From Thermoplasmata archaeon (GTDB taxonomy: Archaea; Thermoplasmatota; E2; JACPAO01; JAHFTW01), in NCBI GenBank assembly GCA_034667725.1, contig JAXDQS010000010.1:96001-160000 (forward strand): a stretch of DNA of 64,000 nt, in the 5' to 3' direction. Numbering within the stretch: the stretch's first letter is position 1; every line of letters begins with the position of its first letter. Made by a program: the position numbers and the translations under genes. Of the stretch, positions 28,247-38,167 are shown piece after piece. Under the pieces are notes generated by a model. It saw nothing but the letters and a program-made list of their open reading frames with translations, was not told where the DNA came from and did not search any database.

Positions 28247-28663
28247 CCGACTGGACCCAGATTCCACAGAGTTCTGTGGGAATCTTCCGAATCTGAGGGA
28301 ATCGGTGCCCGTCGGGCGCCCGACGCACACAGATTCCACAGACCCCGACATTGGATGTGGCGGCGCCTAGCTAGAAAATTCCACAGATGGTCTGTGGGAA
28401 TCTTCCGAATCTGTGCAAATCAGTGCTCGTCAAGGGCCCCACGCACTCCGATTCCACAGACCCTGGCTTTGGATTTGGCAGGGCCTAGCCAAACTTCCGC
28501 CGAGTTCTGTGGGAATCTTCCCAATCTGTGAAAATCAGTGCCCGTCCGTTTTCCCGACGCACACAGATTCCACAGACCCTGGCTTTGGTCCTGGCGGGGC
28601 CTAGGAACAGAATTCCACAGATGGTTTGTGGGAATCTTCCCAATCTGTGCGAATCGGTGCTCG
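28247..28663 (-). repeat. Family A array 3 (~3.5 units, reverse orientation)
   Basis: Four copies of TGTGGGAATCTTCC(G/C)AATCTG; begins 2 nt after the DUF309 stop. Confidence 0.95.
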
Positions 28664-28744
28664 ACTCGTTCAGGCCGGCATGAACCGGTTCGGCCACCCC
28701 TGCCCCAACCCTGAACAACCCGCAAGCTTGGCCCCCCTCCGTCC

Positions 28745-30520
28745 ATGACGGTCGTCCCAGGGCACCTGACGCACCGGCAGATCCTGCTGGTGTTCTCCGG
28801 CCTGATGCTGGGCATGTTCCTGGCCGCGCTCGACCAGACCATCGTGTCGGCAGCGCTTCCCACCATCGCGGCCGACCTCGGCGGCTTCGACAAGATCACC
28901 TGGGTCGTCACCTCGTACCTGCTGACCAGCACCGTCACCATCCTGCTGTGGGGCAAGCTGTCGGACATCTACGGCCGCAAGGTCATGTTCCAGGCCTCGA
29001 TCGGCACCTTCCTCGTCGCCTCGGTCCTGATCGGGCTTGCCCCGGACATGACGTGGCTCATGGTCGGCCGCGGCCTGCAAGGGGTCGGCGCCGGCGGCAT
29101 CATGAGCCTGGCGTTCGCCATCATCGGCGACATCCTAAGCCCCCGCGAGCGCGGCAAGTACATGGGCCTCATGGGATCGGTGTTCCTGCTCGCCAGCGTC
29201 CTCGGCCCCCTTCTGGGCGGGCTCATCGTCGACCACCTCTCCTGGCGCTGGATCTTCTACGTCAACCTCCCCATCGGCATCCCGGCCCTGGTCGTGACCG
29301 GCATCGTGCTGCGGCTGCCGTTCGCCAGGCACCCCCAGAAGGTGGACGTCGCCGGCGCCATCCTGCTGACCTTGGGCTCGTCGATGCTGATCCTCGCCCT
29401 CGTGTGGGGCGGCGACCTGGCGCCCTGGGGCGGCTACACGCTGCGCTGGCTCCCCGGCGTCGGCGACCCCACGGGCGCGGCCCCCGGCTTGGACGCTTTC
29501 CTCGCCGACTGGTTCGTGAGCCTGCTGTTCGCCGGCGCGGTCCTGGTGCTTGGCGTGTTCACGGCCGTCGAGGCCCGCCGCGCCCAGCCGCTGCTGCCGT
29601 TGTCGCTGTTCCGCGACCGCACCTTCGCCATCTCGTCGGCGGTGTCGTTCGTCGTGGGGGCCGCGATGTTCGGCGGCTTCGTGTTCCTGCCGACCTACCT
29701 GCAGATCTCGACCGGCGTCTCCGCCACCATGTCGGGCTTCCTGCTGCTGCCGATGGTGCTCGGCCTCATGCCGATGTCCACCGCGTCGGGCATCATCATC
29801 AGCAAGACCGGCCGCTACAAGTGGTGGCCCTTGGCCGGGCTGCCCATCACCGCCGTCGGCATGCTGCTCTTGTCCCAGATCGCGCCGGACACGCCGCAGG
29901 CCTACGTCGCGCTCGGGATGTTCCTGCTGGGCGCCGGCATCGGGATGGTGATGCAGGTCATGGTGCTCGCCGTCCAGAACGCCCTCGACATGCGCCAGAT
30001 GGGAGTGGGCACCGCCGCGAACAACTTCATGCGCAGCATGGGCAGCGTCATCGGTGTCGCCTTCTTCGGCGTCGTGTTCAACCAGCACATCCGCGCGGCC
30101 CTCAAGGACCTCGCCGCCCAAGGCGTCGACCCCGCCGTCGTGGCCGAGATCCTCCGGAGCGACCCCGCGAAGCTGCGCGACTTGGCGCCGGCCATCCGCG
30201 ACCCCGTGGCCGCCGCCGTGGCCAGCGGCGTCGGCGACGTGTTCCTCTACGCCGTCCCGCTCGTGCTGCTCGCCCTCGTGCTGACGTTCTTCCTCAAGGA
30301 GGTCCCGCTCCGGTCGACCCGCAACGTCGGCGCCGCGGCCGCCATGGAGGGCGCGGAGGCCGCCATGGTCGAGGCCGCCGAGGAGACCGTGCCCGTGGCG
30401 CCTGCCGTCCCGGTCGCGCGGCCGGCGCCGCTGCCGGCCCACCGGCCCGTACCCAAAGGCCTGAGCATCGAGGAAGTGCAGCGCCGCGTCGACGCGCTGC
30501 CGCCGCCGCGCCGCCGCTAG
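28745..30520 (+). CDS. MFS drug:H+ antiporter, 14-TM DHA2 (EmrB/QacA-like)
   Basis: LAALDQTIVSAALPTI, GKLSDIYGRK, RGLQGVGAGG, GPLLGG..WRWIFYVNLPIG. Confidence 0.93.
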   Translation: MTVVPGHLTHRQILLVFSGLMLGMFLAALDQTIVSAALPTIAADLGGFDKITWVVTSYLLTSTVTILLWGKLSDIYGRKVMFQASIGTFLVASVLIGLAPDMTWLMVGRGLQGVGAGGIMSLAFAIIGDILSPRERGKYMGLMGSVFLLASVLGPLLGGLIVDHLSWRWIFYVNLPIGIPALVVTGIVLRLPFARHPQKVDVAGAILLTLGSSMLILALVWGGDLAPWGGYTLRWLPGVGDPTGAAPGLDAFLADWFVSLLFAGAVLVLGVFTAVEARRAQPLLPLSLFRDRTFAISSAVSFVVGAAMFGGFVFLPTYLQISTGVSATMSGFLLLPMVLGLMPMSTASGIIISKTGRYKWWPLAGLPITAVGMLLLSQIAPDTPQAYVALGMFLLGAGIGMVMQVMVLAVQNALDMRQMGVGTAANNFMRSMGSVIGVAFFGVVFNQHIRAALKDLAAQGVDPAVVAEILRSDPAKLRDLAPAIRDPVAAAVASGVGDVFLYAVPLVLLALVLTFFLKEVPLRSTRNVGAAAAMEGAEAAMVEAAEETVPVAPAVPVARPAPLPAHRPVPKGLSIEEVQRRVDALPPPRRR

Positions 30521-30521
30521 G

Positions 30522-31013
30522 CTAGAACTTCGCCCGCACCCGCTTGGCGGGCACGCCGGCCCAGAACTCGCCGGGCGGGACGTCGCGCAGCACGACCGAG
30601 CCCGCGCCCACGACGGCGTCCTCGCCGACCGCGACGCCGGGCAGGATGGTGCAGTTCGCCCCGATGGACGCCCGCGCCCCGATGGCCACGTCGCCCAACT
30701 GGTAGGAGCCGTGGGTGTAGCCGTGGCACAGGATGGTGGTGTTGTAGCCCACGATGGCGTCGTCGCCGATGGTGATGCGGCCCGGGAACAGCACGTCGAG
30801 CTGGGCCGACAGGCCGAGGCTCACGTGGCGCCCGACCTTCGCCCCGCTGCGGCGCACCATCCAGTTCTTGAGCGCGAACCACGGCACCGTCTTGCTGCCC
30901 GCCAGCCAGAGGTAGTTCCACGCCACGCGCCACCGGCTCACGTCGCGCCCGAAGTAGTGCAGGCTGTTGCGCGGCCCGCGGCTCGGGCGCACCTCGACGC
31001 GCGGGTGCGGCAT
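30522..31013 (-). CDS. Hexapeptide-repeat acyltransferase (YvoF-like)
   Basis: IGARASIGANCTILPGVAVGEDAVVGAGSVV..D...WAGVPAK. Confidence 0.88.
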   Translation of the reverse strand: MPHPRVEVRPSRGPRNSLHYFGRDVSRWRVAWNYLWLAGSKTVPWFALKNWMVRRSGAKVGRHVSLGLSAQLDVLFPGRITIGDDAIVGYNTTILCHGYTHGSYQLGDVAIGARASIGANCTILPGVAVGEDAVVGAGSVVLRDVPPGEFWAGVPAKRVRAKF

Positions 31014-31825
31014 CAGGCCACCGCGAGGCTCGCCGCGAACCGCTCGGCCGCCGCGCGCGCCTGCGACCGCCAGTCGTCGCCCTTGCCGGCCTGCAGGATG
31101 GCGCGGCCGACGTTGACGACCGCGAAGCGGCCGGTCGCGTCGCCGCCGCGCGCGATCGCGGTCTGCGCGTCGCCGCCTTGCGCACCGACGCCGGGGATCA
31201 GGAGGGGGACGCCGTCGCCGCAGATCGCGCGCAGCCCCGCCAGCTCGTCGGGGTAGGTGGCGCCCGCGACCAGGCCGAGGTTGCCGAACTCGCGGTTCCA
31301 CTCCATCGCCTTGCGCGCCACGGCCTGGTAGAGCCGGGTGCCGCCGCCGACGTCGAGGTCCTGGAAGTCGCCGGCGCTCGCGTTCGAGGTGCGGGCCAGC
31401 AGGAACACGCCCTTGTCCGGGTAGCTTGCAAACGGCTCGACGGTGTCGCGGCCCAGGTACGGGGTCACCGTGACGGCGTCGGCGCCGAGCTCGTCGAACG
31501 CCGCCTGCGCGTACTTGCGCGCCGTGTTGCCGATGTCGTTGCGCTTGCCGTCCAGGATGACGGGGAGCCCCGGCGGCACCGACTCGATGACCTCGGCCAG
31601 CGCGTCGTGGCCCAGTTGCCCGAGCGCCTCGAAGAACGCCGCGTTCGGCTTGACGCAGCACGCCAGGTCCGCGGTGGCCGCCAGGATGCCCTCCAGGAAC
31701 TCCATGGTGTCCTCGGCGTGCATCCCTGCCGGGTAGGCGGCGGGGTCCGGGTCGAGCCCGACGCACAGCCAGGAGCCCGAGCGTTCGGCCGCGGCCGCGA
31801 GCCTCGCGTTGAAGGCGTCCTCCAC
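31013..31825 (-). CDS. pyrF: Orotidine 5'-phosphate decarboxylase
   Basis: LCVGLDP, KPNAAFFE, LDGKRNDIGNT, RTSN, GATYP, LIPGVGAQGG. Confidence 0.95.
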   Translation of the reverse strand: MEDAFNARLAAAAERSGSWLCVGLDPDPAAYPAGMHAEDTMEFLEGILAATADLACCVKPNAAFFEALGQLGHDALAEVIESVPPGLPVILDGKRNDIGNTARKYAQAAFDELGADAVTVTPYLGRDTVEPFASYPDKGVFLLARTSNASAGDFQDLDVGGGTRLYQAVARKAMEWNREFGNLGLVAGATYPDELAGLRAICGDGVPLLIPGVGAQGGDAQTAIARGGDATGRFAVVNVGRAILQAGKGDDWRSQARAAAERFAASLAVA

Positions 31826-31857
31826 GCGGCGGCGAACCCCGCCTTCGGCTTCAAGCT

Positions 31858-32009
31858 TGGCCGGGGGCCGCCGTGCGCGTGAGCGCACAGGACGAGCGTG
31901 CCGGCCCGCGCGTGTAGCGGCGCGCCGGCGCGAGGAGCGGCCCCCTCGTCGGCTGGGGGTCCGGGGCGCGCAGCGCCCCGGCGCCATCGGATGGCCGCCA
32001 GGCCATCCG
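31858..32009 (+). repeat. Family B structured element, copy 2 (core 31858-31984 plus hairpin 31988-32009)
   Basis: 122/127 identical to the reverse complement of 13027-13153. Confidence 0.9.
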
Positions 32010-32011
32010 CT

Positions 32012-32269
32012 TCACTTGAAGTGGTCGGCGTTGATCTGGATGTACTTCTCTTGCCCCGCGGGCACTTCGTCATCGGGGAAGATGGCGTTGACCGGGCAGG
32101 CGGACTCGCAGGCGCCGCAGTCGATGCACTCGTCCGGGTTGATGTAGAGCTGGGTGGCGGCGGCGTAGCCGGCGGCGTCCTTCTTGGGGTGGATGCAGTC
32201 CACCGGGCAGACGTCGACGCAGCTGGTGTCCTTGGTGCCGATGCACTTCTCGGTGATGACGCGGGTCAT
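32012..32269 (-). CDS. 7Fe-type dicluster ferredoxin
   Basis: CIGTKDTSCVDVCPVDCI and CIDCGACESACP. Confidence 0.93.
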   Translation of the reverse strand: MTRVITEKCIGTKDTSCVDVCPVDCIHPKKDAAGYAAATQLYINPDECIDCGACESACPVNAIFPDDEVPAGQEKYIQINADHFK

Positions 32270-32338
32270 GGACGCAGGGGCTCCGGGATTGGGCGCGAAC
32301 CTGGAGCGGCTTACTTAACGGTTGGCGATTCAGGTCGC

Positions 32339-33634
32339 CTAAATCCGGCGGCGGGCCGCGACGGCCAGCGAGGCCAGCAGCACCAGGACGACGGGGACGG
32401 CGGAGGCGGGCTCGCTGCCTTCCTGGCTGGGGCCGAGCTCGTTGGGGAGGGCGACGACGCGCTCCTTGCTGGTCTCGATCAGGAGCGGCTTGTAGCGCAG
32501 GGTGCTGGCGCCGTCGGGGTCGACCAAGAGCTCGCCGCCGGGTGGGATGTCCGCCAAGACGGTGGCGCCGACGGTGGCGTTGCGGGCGACGGCCCAGCCG
32601 TGGTTCTTGACCAGGATGCCGCCACCGTCCGCAGGGGTCGCTTCGAGCCACGCGCCCCAGTGCTTGACGTTGCGGACGACCCAGTCGAGGCCGGCGAGCT
32701 GGTCGGCGATGACGGCGGGGATGGGCTCGCCGTAGACGGGGATGAACTGGTCCTCGTGGACCTCGAAGGTGTGGCCGGGGACGCCGAGGACGCCGTAGGC
32801 CCAGTCGTCGGTGGCGCCGGCGGCGAGGTAGAGCTCGGCGGCCTGCATGGCGTCGACACGACCGTGGGTGGCCTCCTCGAACGGCTTCTCGATTGACTCG
32901 AAGAAGGCGGCGTCGGGGGCCTTGTCGTTGCTCCAGCCCCAGGGCCAATAGAACTCGGCGACCCCGGTGTGGGCGGTGACCCAGACGTCGGGCAGGATCT
33001 TGGCGCCGAAAGCCATGTTCGCCTTCACCTCGGCCTCGGAGGCGGGGCTGGGGCCGCGGTAGGTCTGGTCGGCCACGGTGTCGCCGGAGCCGGGGCCGCC
33101 CCATTGGAAGTCGTAGTTGCGGTTGACGTCGACCTGGTTGGCGTTCTTGCGGGTGTCCAGGTAGTTGCCGTCCGGGTTGACGATGGGCACGAGGTAGACC
33201 TCGGTCTCGCGCAGGTAGGCCTGGGTCGCGTCGTCGCCGCCGGCCAGCTCCAAGAGGTCGCGGGCGTAGTACATCAGGAGCTCGACGCCGAGGTACTCGT
33301 TGCCGTGGTGGCCGCCGTCGAGGTAGACGCGCAGCTTCTGGCCGGTGGCGGTGGCGGCGCCGTCGAACAGGACCGACTCGTCGGTGATGCGGATGCCCTC
33401 CAGCGGGAACCCGGTGGCGGTCGTGCCGATGGTGAAGCGCTCGGCGAGGGCGGGCCATTGCGCCTCCCAGGCCGCGAACGCCTCCTGGACGTCGGGCAGG
33501 CGGTGCACCAGCTGGTCGAGGCCCAGGGGGCCGAAGCGGGCGAGGCCTTGGTTGCTGCCGGGGTGGTCGGCGGCGGCCGGCGGGGCGGCCAGGAGAGCGA
33601 CGGCGGCGACGGCCGTCAAGGCCAGCAAGCGCAT
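32339..33634 (-). CDS. Secreted M14 zinc carboxypeptidase with C-terminal membrane anchor
   Basis: HHGNE, NPDG, RKNAN.VDVNRNY, SEAE, H-T, TFE; signal peptide; TM plus RRR tail. Confidence 0.9.
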   Translation of the reverse strand: MRLLALTAVAAVALLAAPPAAADHPGSNQGLARFGPLGLDQLVHRLPDVQEAFAAWEAQWPALAERFTIGTTATGFPLEGIRITDESVLFDGAATATGQKLRVYLDGGHHGNEYLGVELLMYYARDLLELAGGDDATQAYLRETEVYLVPIVNPDGNYLDTRKNANQVDVNRNYDFQWGGPGSGDTVADQTYRGPSPASEAEVKANMAFGAKILPDVWVTAHTGVAEFYWPWGWSNDKAPDAAFFESIEKPFEEATHGRVDAMQAAELYLAAGATDDWAYGVLGVPGHTFEVHEDQFIPVYGEPIPAVIADQLAGLDWVVRNVKHWGAWLEATPADGGGILVKNHGWAVARNATVGATVLADIPPGGELLVDPDGASTLRYKPLLIETSKERVVALPNELGPSQEGSEPASAVPVVLVLLASLAVAARRRI

Positions 33635-33679
33635 GGGGACGGCTTGGGGTCGGGATGGATGAGCTTTGTTGCCTGGCCC

Positions 33680-34135
33680 TCACCGGCCGACGGGGTGGTC
33701 CTCGGCGCGCTGCCGGACGCCGCGCAGCACCCGCAGCACCACCGCCAGGTCGTCTTCGGGCACGCCGCGGAACAGCTCGGCCATGCCGGCCTCGACAGCG
33801 GCGCGCGCCCGCTTCGCGCGGGCCCTGCCTTGGGCGGTGAGCGACACCAGGCTGACGCGCTTGTCGGCGTCGTCCTTGCGCCGCCGGGCCAGCCCCTCGC
33901 GCTCCAGGCGGTTCATGACGCCCGTGAGGTTGGCGGCGGTGGCGCCCTCCAGCTCGGCCAGGCGCCCCAGCGGCAGCTCGCCGTACTCGTAGAGGAACCA
34001 CACCACCCGTGACTGGGCGGGGGTGATGCCGGCCTCTCGCAGCGCCCGGCCCATGTGGGTGCGCATCCCCCACAAGGCGCCGTGCAGGGCTTCGCCCACG
34101 TCGCTCGGGGACGGGGCGGTCGGCGTCTTTGCCAC
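33680..34135 (-). CDS. MarR family transcriptional regulator
   Basis: GITPAQ, LAELE....ANLT..MNRLEREGL, DKR...LTAQG. Confidence 0.88.
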   Translation of the reverse strand: MAKTPTAPSPSDVGEALHGALWGMRTHMGRALREAGITPAQSRVVWFLYEYGELPLGRLAELEGATAANLTGVMNRLEREGLARRRKDDADKRVSLVSLTAQGRARAKRARAAVEAGMAELFRGVPEDDLAVVLRVLRGVRQRAEDHPVGR

Positions 34136-34223
34136 GCGCCCCCAGCGGCGGCGGCTCTCAAAGGTCTTCCCCGCGATTTCCTCAATGCCTAAACTATTTG
34201 CAGGCCCGGCGGTCTCCCCGCGC

Positions 34224-34979
34224 ATGGAAGGGTCGCAGCTTGCCAGCCTCCTGCTTGGCCTCCTGAGCGGCGGCTTCTTCGCCCTCGTGGGCTGGACCAT
34301 CCACCGCCGGCCCGTGAGCTCCGAGGTGGTGGCGGCCCGCGACGCCTTCGTGCTGTGGTGGGTGCTGCTCGGCGTCCTCAGCGTCCTGGGGGTCGCCCTC
34401 AACGTCGCCGTGGTCCTGGGGCTGCGCGACCTGGCGCTGCTGACGACGCTGCTGTTGGCGCTGCTCCTGCTGCTGTGCGCCGCGTTCTGGAGCCTTCTGT
34501 GCTACCTGCTCTACCTCTACCTCAACACCAACCGGCTGCGCTGGATCCTGGCCGTCGCCTACACCATCCTGTTCTTCGGCCTGGCCTACTTCGTCCTCTA
34601 CCAGCAGCCCATCGGCGTCGAGGAGACCCGCTGGGGCTTCAAGTTCGACTACGCCCGCGAGCCCAGCGGCCCGGCGGCCCTGGTGGCGGGGCTCCTGTTC
34701 CTGGTGCCGGTCCTGCTCGGCGCCGCCGGCTACCTGAGCCTGTACCGCAAGGTGGACAACCCCGTCCTGCGCCGGCGCATCCTGATCGTGGGCTGCAGCA
34801 TCCTGGTCTGGTTCGGCAGCAGCCTGCCCGCCACCTCGGACCGGGATTTGGGGGAGAACGAGACCTGGCAGCTCGCGAGCCGCCTCATCGGGCTGGCCGC
34901 CACGGCCGCCATCTACTACGCGTACGTCGGCCTCAAGCCCAAGACGGAGACGCCAGCGATGCCGAGGCACAACCCCTGA
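34224..34979 (+). CDS. Stand-alone 7-TM membrane protein (HisKA_7TM-like sensor module)
   Basis: About 7 hydrophobic helices with no cytoplasmic output domain. Confidence 0.65.
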   Translation: MEGSQLASLLLGLLSGGFFALVGWTIHRRPVSSEVVAARDAFVLWWVLLGVLSVLGVALNVAVVLGLRDLALLTTLLLALLLLLCAAFWSLLCYLLYLYLNTNRLRWILAVAYTILFFGLAYFVLYQQPIGVEETRWGFKFDYAREPSGPAALVAGLLFLVPVLLGAAGYLSLYRKVDNPVLRRRILIVGCSILVWFGSSLPATSDRDLGENETWQLASRLIGLAATAAIYYAYVGLKPKTETPAMPRHNP

Positions 34980-34995
34980 GGCCCACCGTCAGAAG

Positions 34996-35299
34996 GACGA
35001 GCACTGATTCGCCCAGATTGGGAAGATTCCCACAGACAATCTGTGGAATTTTTTGGCTAGGCCCCGCCAAATTCAAAGCCAAGGTCTGTGGAATCTGTGT
35101 GCGTCGGGCACCCGACGGGCACCGATTCCCCCAGATTCGGAAGATTCCCACAGATCATCTGTGGAATTTCTGGTTAGGCCCCGCCAAATCCAAAGCAAGG
35201 GTCTGTGGAATCTGTGTCCAGTCGGCGGGAGACGCGACGGGCACTGATTCCCTCAGATTCGGAAGATTCCCACAGACCTCTTTGGAACTTGTCCGGTCG
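34996..35299 (+). repeat. Family A array 4 (~2.5 units)
   Basis: Unit starts 35001, 35119, 35241; lies between convergent genes. Confidence 0.95.
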
Positions 35300-35312
35300 A
35301 GGAAACCGGCGT

Positions 35313-36764
35313 CTATCGGACGACCATCGGCTTGCCCGTCCCCGGCGCCGCCACCAGGTCGTGGTCCTCGACGACGGCCCGGCCCGCCAGGAAGGTGTGG
35401 CTGGGGAAGATGGCGTTGTGCCCCTCGAACGGAGTCCAGCCGCATTTGGCGTGCAGCTTCTTGGCCTCGACCTTGACGGTCTTCATGTCGTACACCGCGA
35501 AGTCGGCGCGCAAGCCGGGCTCCAGGCTGCCGCGGTCGTCCAGGCCCAGCAGCTGGGCGGGGTTGCGGGTGGCGGCGTCCACGACGACCTTGAGGTCCAC
35601 CTTGCCGGCCTTTGCCTGGGCCATCATGAGGGGCACCATGGTCTCGACGCCGGGCACGCCGCTGGGGGCCGCGTGGAAATTGTCCTCCTTCTCGATGCCG
35701 GTGTGCGGCGCGTGGTCGGACTCCAGGATGGGGATGCGGCCGGCGGCGAACAGGTCCCAGAGCTGCTTGCGGGCGGCGGGTCCGCGCAGGGGCGGGTTCA
35801 TCTTGCCGTAGGCGTGGGTGAGCGGGACGTTGGTGTCCAGCAGGAGGTGGTGCGGGCAGACGCCGAGGCTGAACTTGGCGGTGCGGGCGGCCTCGACGGC
35901 CTCGGCGCTGGCGGTGTGCGCGATGTGGATCTGGGGCGGCTTCTTGGTGGTGGCCACGGCCTTCATCGCGTCGTAGATGGCCTCGACCTCGGCCATCGGC
36001 GGGCGGAACATGTCGTGCTCCTGCAGGCTGGCCTCGTTGCGGCGGAGCTGCTGCAGGACGCGTTGGGACTCGGCGTGCAGGGCGACCGGGCGGCCGGCGG
36101 CGCCGGCGGCCTGGACGATGGCCTGGAACCGCGCCATGTCCTCCAGCAGGAGGTCGCCGGTGGTGGCGCCGAGGTAGGTCTTGACGCCGGCGGCGAGCTT
36201 GAGCATCTCCGGCAGGTCGCCGGTGTACCAGGAGCCGCCGGCCCAGGCGGCGTAGTCCACCACCGACTTCTGGGCCGCGAGGGCGAGCTTGTCCTTGAGC
36301 GCCCGGAGGGTGGTGGTCGCGGGCAGCGTGTTGGGCATGTCGACGAAGCCGGTGACGCCGCCGAAGGCCGCCGACACGGAGCCGGTGGTCAGGTCCTCCT
36401 TGTGGGTGTGGCCGGGCTCGCGGAAGTGGACGTGCAGGTCGATGGCGCCGGGCAGGATGGCCGCCGTGCCGAAGTCGTGATGGGTCGCAAGCGTCGTGGA
36501 CTTGGCAACGCGCACGATGCGGCCCGTGCGGGTGTCGATGTGCAGGACGCCGTCCGTGAGCTTGCCGCCGCGGTAGATTTGCCCTGCGATGGAGAGGTCG
36601 GCGTCGCCGTCGGTGTCGCGCGAGGCCACGCCGCCGGCCGCCTTGACGGTTCGGGTGGCGGGCTTGGGGGCCGCGACCTTGACGGGGGTTTTCTTGATGG
36701 GCTTCGCGACGGCCTTGGGCTTGGGCCTGGGCTTGGCCTTCGCCGCCTTGGCCGGCTTGGGCAT
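35313..36764 (-). CDS. pyrC: Dihydroorotase (cyclic amidohydrolase) with Lys/Ala/Pro-rich N-terminal extension
   Basis: DLHVHFREPG, DMPNT, HAE, CPHHL, KMNPPLR, SDHAPH, PSGVPG. Confidence 0.88.
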   Translation of the reverse strand: MPKPAKAAKAKPRPKPKAVAKPIKKTPVKVAAPKPATRTVKAAGGVASRDTDGDADLSIAGQIYRGGKLTDGVLHIDTRTGRIVRVAKSTTLATHHDFGTAAILPGAIDLHVHFREPGHTHKEDLTTGSVSAAFGGVTGFVDMPNTLPATTTLRALKDKLALAAQKSVVDYAAWAGGSWYTGDLPEMLKLAAGVKTYLGATTGDLLLEDMARFQAIVQAAGAAGRPVALHAESQRVLQQLRRNEASLQEHDMFRPPMAEVEAIYDAMKAVATTKKPPQIHIAHTASAEAVEAARTAKFSLGVCPHHLLLDTNVPLTHAYGKMNPPLRGPAARKQLWDLFAAGRIPILESDHAPHTGIEKEDNFHAAPSGVPGVETMVPLMMAQAKAGKVDLKVVVDAATRNPAQLLGLDDRGSLEPGLRADFAVYDMKTVKVEAKKLHAKCGWTPFEGHNAIFPSHTFLAGRAVVEDHDLVAAPGTGKPMVVR

Positions 36765-37333
36765 CAGGCGAGCCCCCAGACGTTGATCTCGCCGGCGTCG
36801 ACCATCTCGGTGACGGAGGCGCGGAACGTGGTGAGCCAGCGGGCGAGCATCAGGCCGTGGCCCAGGATGAGGCCGGCAAGGACGCCGTTGAACGCGATGG
36901 CGGGGGCGCTCAGGACCTCGGTGGGGCCGGCGTCGCGCATCAGGGCCAGGACGACGAGGGTGGCCTCGACGCCCCAGAACACGAACAGCACGGCGGCGTA
37001 GAGGTAGGGGAGGTTGCGGCCGCTGCGGCCGTGGACCTTGCGGTGCAGCTCGGCGACCGACTCGGCGGCGGGGGCGTAGCGCATCCATTGGGTCCAAGTG
37101 CCGCGGATCGAGGCCTCGTATTTTCGGACCCGCATCCGGCCGGCAAGCAAGCCGACCAGGACGCCGACGAGGTAGGCGCCGGCGTGGACGGCCAGGCCGA
37201 CGAGCGGCATCAGCAGGTGGGCCAAGCCCAAGAACAGCAGGCCCAGCACGCCGCCCACCACCGCCCGGGTCCGGCAGGCACGCCGGTCCGCCCCCAGGAT
37301 GTCCAGGAAATGGCTGGCCACGCCTGAGGGCAT
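36764..37333 (-). CDS. Hypothetical 4-TM membrane protein
   Basis: Hydrophobic helices; TGATG coupling to pyrC. Confidence 0.65.
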   Translation of the reverse strand: MPSGVASHFLDILGADRRACRTRAVVGGVLGLLFLGLAHLLMPLVGLAVHAGAYLVGVLVGLLAGRMRVRKYEASIRGTWTQWMRYAPAAESVAELHRKVHGRSGRNLPYLYAAVLFVFWGVEATLVVLALMRDAGPTEVLSAPAIAFNGVLAGLILGHGLMLARWLTTFRASVTEMVDAGEINVWGLA

Positions 37334-37372
37334 GGCTCGGATGAGCCGCCCGCCTTTCTTGAAGGGCCCGGT

Positions 37373-38167
37373 TCAGTTCGGCGGGGCGTGGCCGAGCCAG
37401 CGCGCGAACACCAGGAACCCGGTGTGGCCCAACCCCTCGAAGCTGGGCCGGCTGCCGCGCTCCTTGACCTCCCAGCCGCGCTCGATCAATTCCAGCGCCC
37501 GCACCTGGGCAAAGCCAAGCTGGCCGAGGGCGCGGACGGTCGCCTCCATCTGGCTGACCTGCGGCGTGTAGCACGCGACCCGGGCGCCGGGGGCCAGCAC
37601 CGGGACGACATGGGGAAGGGCAAGCCAGGGCTCCGGCTGGTCCAGGAGGCAGGCCTGGAACGGGCCCGCGACGCCGGGGGCCAATCCTTGCGTCAAGTCG
37701 CCGATGGCGAGCCGCAGGCGGGCGTCGAGGCCGGCGCGGCGGGCGTTGTCGCGCGCCCAGTCGGCGAACTCGTCGCGCAGCTCCTGGGCGACCACCTCGC
37801 CTGCCGGGCCCACGGCCCAGAGGAGCGGGAGGGTGACGGCGCCGCTGCCGATGCCGGACTCCAGCACGCGCGAGCCGACCCCGACGCCGAGCTCCCACAC
37901 GATGCGGCTGGCGTCCTTCGGCGTGATGATCTGCGCCTTGCGCTGGAGGGTCGCGGCGAGGTCCACGAGGTCGGGGCGCAGCACGACGACGGCCTTGGCG
38001 CCGACGGTGGCGCGGGCGCCGTAGGGAAGCCCCTCGATGCGGGCGGGGTCGAACACGCCGAGGCCCTTCTGCTTGCGGGCGCCTTGGCCGTCGAGCTGGA
38101 CGAGGTGGACGTGACCCGTGTCGGGCTCCAAGAGGGCAACACGGTCCCCGGCCTGGACGGCCGTCAT
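37373..38167 (-). CDS. trmI: tRNA (adenine-57/58-N1)-methyltransferase
   Basis: QIITPKDA, VLESGIGSGA, LDQPEPW, RP....GHTGFL. Confidence 0.92.
   Translation of the reverse strand: MTAVQAGDRVALLEPDTGHVHLVQLDGQGARKQKGLGVFDPARIEGLPYGARATVGAKAVVVLRPDLVDLAATLQRKAQIITPKDASRIVWELGVGVGSRVLESGIGSGAVTLPLLWAVGPAGEVVAQELRDEFADWARDNARRAGLDARLRLAIGDLTQGLAPGVAGPFQACLLDQPEPWLALPHVVPVLAPGARVACYTPQVSQMEATVRALGQLGFAQVRALELIERGWEVKERGSRPSFEGLGHTGFLVFARWLGHAPPN

Noticed and set aside
28247-28663. TTCCACAG/CTGTGGAA motifs as DnaA boxes or archaeal ORB origin elements
   Set aside because: Only a partial match to TTATCCACA and to the ORB (TTCCAGTGGAAAC plus G-string). There is no cdc6/orc1 or AT-rich unwinding element, and six dispersed loci do not fit an origin.
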